Positions 27,582 through 32,988 of a DNA stretch of 32,988 nucleotides are shown here, piece by piece. Numbering within the stretch: the stretch's first letter is position 1; each line of letters begins with the position of its first letter. The stretch is from a virus (lineage: Duplodnaviria > Caudoviricetes). Location of the stretch: the IMG/VR virus record IMGVR_UViG_3300016472_000107, positions 1-32,988 of that record, one strand, 5' to 3'. Under the pieces are notes generated by a model. It saw only the letters and a list, made by a program, of their open reading frames with translations, did not search any database and was not told the DNA's origin. The position numbers and the translations under genes were made by a program.

Positions 27582-28036
27582 CGCGGGTCATTATTGCATT
27601 GCTCCTGTTGTTCGGCCTGTCCGGGTGCGACCCGGTCAAGCGTGCCATGAAAAAAAAACAGCAGTTGGATGCAGCCATTCGCGACTATCTCCGCGACAAC
27701 CCGCAGCCGGCCGATACCTTTTATGTCCGCGGGGATACCCTTTACCATACCGACACACTCGTCAACGAAAACATCTACGTTGACACGGTACGGGTGAAGG
27801 ATACCATTTATGTCACCACGATTAACTGGAAGGAGATCCTGCGCACGGCCTATATCACGGACACTATCGTGCAAAAGATAGTGGACCGGTCATTCAGTGC
27901 CGGGCTGCAGACCGAATTAGACATGACGAAGGGGGCCTTAGCCGGTCAGCATCGCAGTAAAAGGGGGTGGATGATCGCAGCCATCCTCCTGGCATCGGCC
28001 ATTCTAGTCTACGGCGCATTCAAGATATCGCGTTAG
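27578..28036 (+). CDS. Lipoprotein with C-terminal TM (u-spanin-like)
   Basis: MTRVIIALLLLFGLSG|C lipobox, DT-rich beta repeats, C-terminal WMIAAILLASAILVYGAF. Confidence 0.7.
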   Translation: MTRVIIALLLLFGLSGCDPVKRAMKKKQQLDAAIRDYLRDNPQPADTFYVRGDTLYHTDTLVNENIYVDTVRVKDTIYVTTINWKEILRTAYITDTIVQKIVDRSFSAGLQTELDMTKGALAGQHRSKRGWMIAAILLASAILVYGAFKISR

Positions 28037-28068
28037 TCTCATCATAGGTTTGTTGGTGTAGTGTGAGC

Positions 28069-28101
28069 GGGCGGGGGTATTTACCCCTGCCCTTTGTTTT
28101 T
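28069..28101 (+). terminator. Intrinsic terminator ending late operon
   Basis: GGGCGGGGGT / ACCCCTGCCC stem followed by TTTGTTTTT. Confidence 0.8.
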
Positions 28102-28151
28102 CAACAAGTTATGAACGATAAGAAAAAATATCCGAGAAAGTTGGTGATTTA

Positions 28152-28183
28152 TTTGGATGCTATTGTTGGATGCTTTACTTTTG
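28152..28183 (+). promoter_or_regulatory. Consensus Bacteroidota promoter (early) with embedded direct repeat
   Basis: TTTG (28152-28155), 20 nt, TACTTTTG (28176-28183); TTGGATGCT at 28153 and 28166; A-rich upstream. Confidence 0.75.
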
Positions 28184-28214
28184 ACTTATCAATCACACAA
28201 CAAAACACAACGCC

Positions 28215-28403
28215 ATGAAAGTCTACAACAACCTCAAGACCTACCTTATCAATGCAGTGCGCAAGCCTGAGAACATCTACCGCGACAATTCGGAGACCTA
28301 CTACGTGACGGCGGCCAATCTGCGCGAGGCCATCAAAGTTGGCCGCCGTGAATGCCGTTGGAGCGACACCCGTTTCGTATCTGCCAAATTCGTCAAGCCA
28401 TGA
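28215..28403 (+). CDS. Hypothetical early protein
   Basis: First ORF after promoter; A/C-rich leader. Confidence 0.7.
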   Translation: MKVYNNLKTYLINAVRKPENIYRDNSETYYVTAANLREAIKVGRRECRWSDTRFVSAKFVKP

Positions 28404-28531
28404 AGGATACCCGCCCCCAAACCTTCACCAAGCGCGATGCAGTCATCATCGCAGGCATCGTAGGATTCATATACTTTGTCGCTATCCTTGAATCCTTTAT
28501 CGACTGGCTCGCAAACGTCGTAACCAATTAA
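28400..28531 (+). CDS. 43-aa membrane peptide (not in ORF track)
   Basis: MKDTRPQTFTKRDAVIIAGIVGFIYFVAILESFIDWLANVVTN; ATGA-coupled, fills the gap. Confidence 0.7.
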   Translation: MKDTRPQTFTKRDAVIIAGIVGFIYFVAILESFIDWLANVVTN

Positions 28532-28541
28532 CCATTATACC

Positions 28542-28772
28542 ATGCACATCGAACAGACCATTCTCGACCGGTGGAAGCGTATCAAGAGACCCGGAGACGC
28601 CAAGGTCATCGCCGCAAGCATCGGCGCGACGCCTAACCTCATCTACATCGCGTTTAGGCAGGGCAAGTGCAGCCGACGGGTCTTCGACGCCATCAGCGCG
28701 TATTACGTCGAGGCCGAAAAGAAATACGCCGACCTCTTGGAGCGGACGGCCCACCTCGTAACAAACGAATAG
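28542..28772 (+). CDS. Possible Cro-like DNA-binding protein
   Basis: AKVIAASIGATPNLIYIAFRQG HTH-like spacing. Confidence 0.5.
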   Translation: MHIEQTILDRWKRIKRPGDAKVIAASIGATPNLIYIAFRQGKCSRRVFDAISAYYVEAEKKYADLLERTAHLVTNE

Positions 28773-28774
28773 TC

Positions 28775-29077
28775 ATGGAAGCTATTATCATCCTTGCAGC
28801 CATCGCAGCGTTCATCGTCATTCAGATTGTGAAGTCAAAGACCTGTCTCGTTCAGCAGGAGCTGTACGCCGAGTACGAAGATGACTTCGCCGAGACCAAA
28901 GCCACCATCAAAGCCTGCACGCCTGCAGATGCCGAGCGCGTCCTTGATGCGTTCGTCGAAAGGTGGCACAACATCGTGGACGATATGGACCTGGCCTGCC
29001 GCATCCGCACCCTTCGCTATTGGGCCGAGAACAATAACAACACCCATTTCAGCGTTCATAATTTCTCTACAAACTAG
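28775..29077 (+). CDS. Hypothetical protein with N-terminal membrane anchor
   Basis: MEAIIILAAIAAFIVIQIVK; ATG 28775. Confidence 0.65.
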   Translation: MEAIIILAAIAAFIVIQIVKSKTCLVQQELYAEYEDDFAETKATIKACTPADAERVLDAFVERWHNIVDDMDLACRIRTLRYWAENNNNTHFSVHNFSTN

Positions 29078-29099
29078 TCACCAAATCAAATCAAATACC

Positions 29100-29705
29100 A
29101 TGTTAGGACACAACACCACAGCCATCTACCTCGCGGTCGCATACGGTAAAGTCGTGCGCCGGTTCAAGGAGCCTACCGCCACATCAAAGGAGCGCATCAC
29201 CAAGACCGGGAAAGTCGTCCACGAAGAAACCTACGATTACGTGCAAGGTCATTTGACCGGCATCGACACCCGCGAAAACGAATTCGGCAAATTTTGGATG
29301 CTGCAGATCGCGGACGGCCCGAACAAGTACATCCTGCAGTTCCAATACAGCGGCGGCAATGCATCTTCTTTCCTGAAGGCTATTCCCAATGCCGACCTGA
29401 CCCGGCCCATTAAATTCATCCCCCGCCAGCAGCTCGACGGAGACAAAAAACGGAGCAGCATTGTCATGGTCCAAGGCGATCAGGCCATCCGGTGGTACTG
29501 GACCAAGGAGACGCCGCGTGACCTCCCGCAGCTCCGGAAGGTCAAGATCAAAGGCAAAGAGCAGTGGGATGATTCTGATATGATGGAGTACCTCGAAAGC
29601 TATCTGAAGGAGAACATCATTCCCAAGTTGCTGAAAGCGGCTGAACCTGTTGCGCCCGCCTTTGGTGCCGAGGCTGCAGACGATGAAGAAAGTGTACCCT
29701 TTTGA
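29100..29705 (+). CDS. Putative ssDNA-binding/annealing protein
   Basis: Acidic ADDEESVPF tail; adjacent to exonuclease; family not identified. Confidence 0.5.
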   Translation: MLGHNTTAIYLAVAYGKVVRRFKEPTATSKERITKTGKVVHEETYDYVQGHLTGIDTRENEFGKFWMLQIADGPNKYILQFQYSGGNASSFLKAIPNADLTRPIKFIPRQQLDGDKKRSSIVMVQGDQAIRWYWTKETPRDLPQLRKVKIKGKEQWDDSDMMEYLESYLKENIIPKLLKAAEPVAPAFGAEAADDEESVPF

Positions 29706-29711
29706 AAAATA

Positions 29712-29746
29712 GGGGCCATTGCCAATAGGTGGTGGCCCCATCTTTT
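29712..29746 (+). terminator. Hairpin with short U tract
   Basis: GGGGCCATTGCC-AATA-GGTGGTGGCCCC then ATCTTTT. Confidence 0.55.
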
Positions 29747-29772
29747 ACCTTCACTACACCAAAACCAACACC

Positions 29773-30519
29773 ATGTCCAATTTCATCATCAACACCAACA
29801 CCCGGCAGCTGACCTTCCTTGATGGTCGGTACTACTGGACCGAGGACGGGCAATTCGTCCCGTCTGTCACCACCATCTTGGAAGCCTACCCGAAGGATGC
29901 CAGTTATTATATGTGGCTCAAATCTGTCGGGCAAGATGCCGACGCCATCCGTGACGAAGCCGGACGCAGGGGCAGTACTGTCCACGCCATGACGGAAGCG
30001 TATGACGCCGGCGTCGAAGTTTCGCTGCTGACCGAGGAGGGGCATCTGGGCTACAAGGTGGGCGAATGGGCGATGTTTGAACGCTACGTCGAGTTTTGCA
30101 CGCGGTTCACGCCCAAGATTATGATGTCCGAACAGAACTTCGTGAACCCTGAATTGGGGTGGGCGGGTACGGTCGATCGGGTCATGACCATCGGTAATGT
30201 GACTATGCTTGTCGACATCAAGACGTCCAACACTATTTACCCCGTTTATTGGCTGCAGCTTGCCGCGTATCGTAGGCTGTTGGAAGAGGCTGGCATATAC
30301 GTGGACCAGGTCGCTATCCTGTGGCTCAACGCGAAGACTCGCACGAACGGAAAGGCAGGAGACATACAAGGTGAAGGGTGGCAGCTGCTGCGTAAGGACG
30401 TCACAGAGACCGTCGATGACCTTAACCTGTTCAACTATACCCTTCAGCTTTGGAGGGCGCAGAATGGCTCCGCACGGCCCAAACAGGCCACGTATAAACT
30501 CACACACCAAAAATTCTAG
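29773..30519 (+). CDS. PD-(D/E)XK exonuclease (Cas4/RecB-like fold)
   Basis: PSVTTIL, RGSTVH, AGTVDR, VDIKTS, LQLAAY. Confidence 0.85.
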   Translation: MSNFIINTNTRQLTFLDGRYYWTEDGQFVPSVTTILEAYPKDASYYMWLKSVGQDADAIRDEAGRRGSTVHAMTEAYDAGVEVSLLTEEGHLGYKVGEWAMFERYVEFCTRFTPKIMMSEQNFVNPELGWAGTVDRVMTIGNVTMLVDIKTSNTIYPVYWLQLAAYRRLLEEAGIYVDQVAILWLNAKTRTNGKAGDIQGEGWQLLRKDVTETVDDLNLFNYTLQLWRAQNGSARPKQATYKLTHQKF

Positions 30520-30521
30520 TC

Positions 30522-30878
30522 ATGTCGGAGTTTGAAATCGGACAATTGAAGCAAGCGCTGAAGGCAGCGCAGATGCGGGCGGTCAGGAATGAAATCGTGG
30601 TGATGGCCCTGCAAAAGCTGCACCGGGAGTACGTGAACACCAACCCTGAGAAGTACGCGCAAAAGGTCATCATATCTTCGTGTATCGAGCATTTCCAAGA
30701 CTTTATGAGAACCATCCCCGGTGTTCTGCTGCCCACCAACCCGTGCAGACTTGACGCGCAGAAATACTTAGAGCAGTTCCAGGTATTCCATGACCAGTGG
30801 TTAGAGGAAGACAACGAATGGAGCTTTTACGAATGGCTGGAAATCAAAAACCAACAACACGACAACAATGGAGACTAA
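30522..30878 (+). CDS. Hypothetical protein
   Basis: 118-aa ORF in operon. Confidence 0.65.
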   Translation: MSEFEIGQLKQALKAAQMRAVRNEIVVMALQKLHREYVNTNPEKYAQKVIISSCIEHFQDFMRTIPGVLLPTNPCRLDAQKYLEQFQVFHDQWLEEDNEWSFYEWLEIKNQQHDNNGD

Positions 30879-31263
30879 CCTCACCGCCGACCTTTACGCG
30901 CGTATACACGACGCCGAGAACAAGTTGTTCAAGGCAACGCAGGAACACCGGGAATTTATGTATAACGCAGGCAGCAGGCATGCAATCGTCTGCGGCAGTG
31001 CGATGGGGATGCTGCGCGGCATCATGTGGTTCTCAAAAGAAAAGGACAGCTATGAAACGCAGGGTATCCGAAAGGTGCTTTCATTCCTTGAGTTCTGCGC
31101 CGAACTTCCTGTCGAGATGTTCAAGACCTATGACGAATGGACGGACATAAGGGCGCATTTCGACGATCTGTATGCCATGTATCTCGATGACGCGACTGAA
31201 AGTTCGTTCAAAGTTTGGCTAGAGGCCGTTAACATATCAAAAGGCATTCATGGCAAAGGTTAG
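30868..31263 (+). CDS. Hypothetical protein
   Basis: 131-aa ORF in operon; C-terminus resembles preceding ORF. Confidence 0.65.
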   Translation: METNLTADLYARIHDAENKLFKATQEHREFMYNAGSRHAIVCGSAMGMLRGIMWFSKEKDSYETQGIRKVLSFLEFCAELPVEMFKTYDEWTDIRAHFDDLYAMYLDDATESSFKVWLEAVNISKGIHGKG

Positions 31264-32521
31264 TCTGCGGCCGTACCAAAAGGCCATCGCCGACAAGGGT
31301 GCTGCAATACTCCGGGATTGCGGCATCCTATACCTTGCCATGCAGGTCCGCACTGGCAAGACGCTGACGGCCCTTGCCGTCTGTGACAAGCTGCAACCGC
31401 GCATGGTGCTGTTCGTGACAAGGCTGAAGGCCATGCCGTCGATCGAACAGGACTATGAGGCCCTGCATCCTGAATACGAGTTCCAGTTAGTCAATTACGA
31501 ATCGCTGCACAAGGTATCGGACATCGACATCGACCGCATTGACATCGTCATCTGCGACGAAGCGCACGGCATTGGCGCGTTCCCTGAACCATCTGAGCGA
31601 CATAGACTCGTCAAGCGCATCGTTCGGAAGTCCGGCGCCAAGGTCATCTTCCTATCCGGCACACCCACTCCTGAGTCGTACAGCCAAATGTACCATCAAC
31701 TCAATGTGACCGAAGCATCACCGTGGGTATCATACGCGACATTTTACGCATGGGCTAAGCATTACGTTACGCTCCGCAAACGGCACATTTACAACCGCGA
31801 AATCAACGACTACACCGACGCCGACGAAGATGCAATCCGCAAGGATATTGAACCATTTTTCCTAACTTTCACGCAAGAAGAGGCCGGCTTTTACGTTCCT
31901 ATCGAGGAACAAGTGTTGACCGTTCCGATGGAAACAAAGACATACGAGAGCATTAAGAGATTGAAGCGCGACCGGGTGTTGGTGACGAGTCACGGCACGA
32001 TCCTGGCAGATACGGAAGTGAAGCTGCTGAACAAACTACATCAAATGTGCAGCGGCACCGTGATAGTCGACGAACCTGTTGACCCCAAATTAGTGCAGGT
32101 GTCCTTCGACCACACCAAGGCTAAGTTCATCCGAGATCAGTTTGATGGGCAGAAAATTGCTATCTTTTACAAGTTCACGGCAGAAAAAGCAGTACTTGAA
32201 TACTATTTTGCCGGGCGCATCGTTTATGACAGTGGTGAGTTCAACGCGACGGGTCCGGAAAAGGTCTTTATTTCGCAGGTGCAGTCCGGCCGCGAAGGTC
32301 TTAACCTATCGTCTGCAGATTGCCTAGTGATGTTTAATATCGACTTTTCAGCGGTCAGCTACTGGCAGGCAAGGGCCAGGATACAGGTTAAAGACCGCAT
32401 CAAACCGGCGATTGTGTATTGGGTCTTTGCGCGGGGCGGCATCGAGGAATACATATATGAGTGTGTGCAGAAAAAACAGGATTATACTTTGAATCACTTT
32501 CGTAAAACTTACCTTAAATGA
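31250..32521 (+). CDS. Superfamily 2 (SNF2-like DEAH) helicase
   Basis: LRPYQ, RTGKT, DEAH, SGTP, EGLNL, QARARI. Confidence 0.9.
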   Translation: MAKVSLRPYQKAIADKGAAILRDCGILYLAMQVRTGKTLTALAVCDKLQPRMVLFVTRLKAMPSIEQDYEALHPEYEFQLVNYESLHKVSDIDIDRIDIVICDEAHGIGAFPEPSERHRLVKRIVRKSGAKVIFLSGTPTPESYSQMYHQLNVTEASPWVSYATFYAWAKHYVTLRKRHIYNREINDYTDADEDAIRKDIEPFFLTFTQEEAGFYVPIEEQVLTVPMETKTYESIKRLKRDRVLVTSHGTILADTEVKLLNKLHQMCSGTVIVDEPVDPKLVQVSFDHTKAKFIRDQFDGQKIAIFYKFTAEKAVLEYYFAGRIVYDSGEFNATGPEKVFISQVQSGREGLNLSSADCLVMFNIDFSAVSYWQARARIQVKDRIKPAIVYWVFARGGIEEYIYECVQKKQDYTLNHFRKTYLK

Positions 32522-32754
32522 AACGGAAATTTATCGCAATCATCTGCGCAGTTTTGCTCAGCGCAGGAACCCAAGCAGCCGAGAAGCCGGGTATCTTTGA
32601 TGCACTACGCGAGGCCGCCCGCGGGTTCGTGTGGATGGTCAAAGTGGAGGTCTGCAAAATCGACATGGTGCTGTTCCACAAAGACGGCGTCTTCCCCTTG
32701 GGCTACGACTGCAACCACAAAGACCACCGCGAGATTTTCTACCCTAAAAAGTAA
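32518..32754 (+). CDS. Small exported protein
   Basis: MKRKFIAIICAVLLSAGTQA|A signal peptide; two Cys in mature part. Confidence 0.65.
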   Translation: MKRKFIAIICAVLLSAGTQAAEKPGIFDALREAARGFVWMVKVEVCKIDMVLFHKDGVFPLGYDCNHKDHREIFYPKK

Positions 32755-32757
32755 CTT

Positions 32758-32832
32758 ATGAAAAAATACCTGCAGCCTCTTGTTGACGATTTTTTCCCGG
32801 CCGTGCGAAAATTCATTGATGGTTGGTTTTGA
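32758..32832 (+). CDS. Possible 24-aa amphipathic peptide
   Basis: MKKYLQPLVDDFFPAVRKFIDGWF, 3 nt after upstream stop. Confidence 0.4.
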   Translation: MKKYLQPLVDDFFPAVRKFIDGWF

Positions 32833-32838
32833 TTGGTT

Positions 32839-32939
32839 CCCCCATTCATCTAATTGCCCATCGGCAGTTCCGGCAATGACCGGGAGGTAGGGACGGACGC
32901 TATTTGTCCGGGGTGTGGGTTCGACTCCCACATGGGGGC
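32839..32939 (+). ncRNA. tRNA-like RNA with ~30-nt structured D-loop insertion
   Basis: Acceptor CCCCCAT/ATGGGGG, T-arm GTGGG-TTCGACT-CCCAC, anticodon stem CGGAC/GTCCG with non-canonical loop GCTATTT. Confidence 0.65.
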
Positions 32940-32965
32940 CTTGGTTTCATTAGGATAGGATCTTA

Positions 32966-32988
32966 CCCCCTGCGTGTCTACGCGGGGG
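32966..32988. repeat. Hairpin repeat copy / terminal overlap
   Basis: CCCCCTGCGTGTCTACGCGGGGG; last 21 nt equal 1-21. Confidence 0.9.

Noticed and set aside
28110-28119. 10-nt complement (TATGAACGAT) of spacer positions 40-49
   Set aside because: Too short to exceed chance and not at a supported gene start
29773-30519. Cas4 as part of a CRISPR system
   Set aside because: Lacks the four-Cys Fe-S motif; ordinary phage exonuclease context
32839-32939. Functional tRNA-Ile(TAT) or attP site
   Set aside because: Anticodon loop lacks U33/R37, D-arm is aberrant, and no integrase is recognisable
32968-32988. Physical terminal repeat of the virion DNA
   Set aside because: 21 bp matches a typical assembler k-mer and falls within an internal repeat; PBSX/SPP1-like terminases usually package headfuls

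Overview
Apparently complete (~32.97 kb, 21-bp terminal overlap) siphovirus-type phage genome with all supportable genes on the + strand. A Bacteroidota host is inferred from TTTG-N20-TAnnTTTG promoters, SD-less A/C-rich leaders and AxA|Q signal peptides. Modules: early/recombination genes (28.2-32.8 kb, wrapping to 1.1 kb), CHAP endolysin, metallophosphoesterase, DNA methyltransferase, primase-helicase plus putative origin, PBSX-like terminase, HK97-type head, a methyltransferase-methyltransferase-glycosyltransferase cassette, a non-contractile tail, fibre genes, holin and a u-spanin-like protein. I recognise no integrase or DNA polymerase. The most unusual elements are (1) a three-gene tail-fibre module whose products all appear to carry export signal peptides and (2) a tRNA-like RNA with an expanded D-arm followed by repeated units of 'anti-start-codon' sequence plus hairpin. 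All product calls rest on motif recognition by eye; no searches were run.
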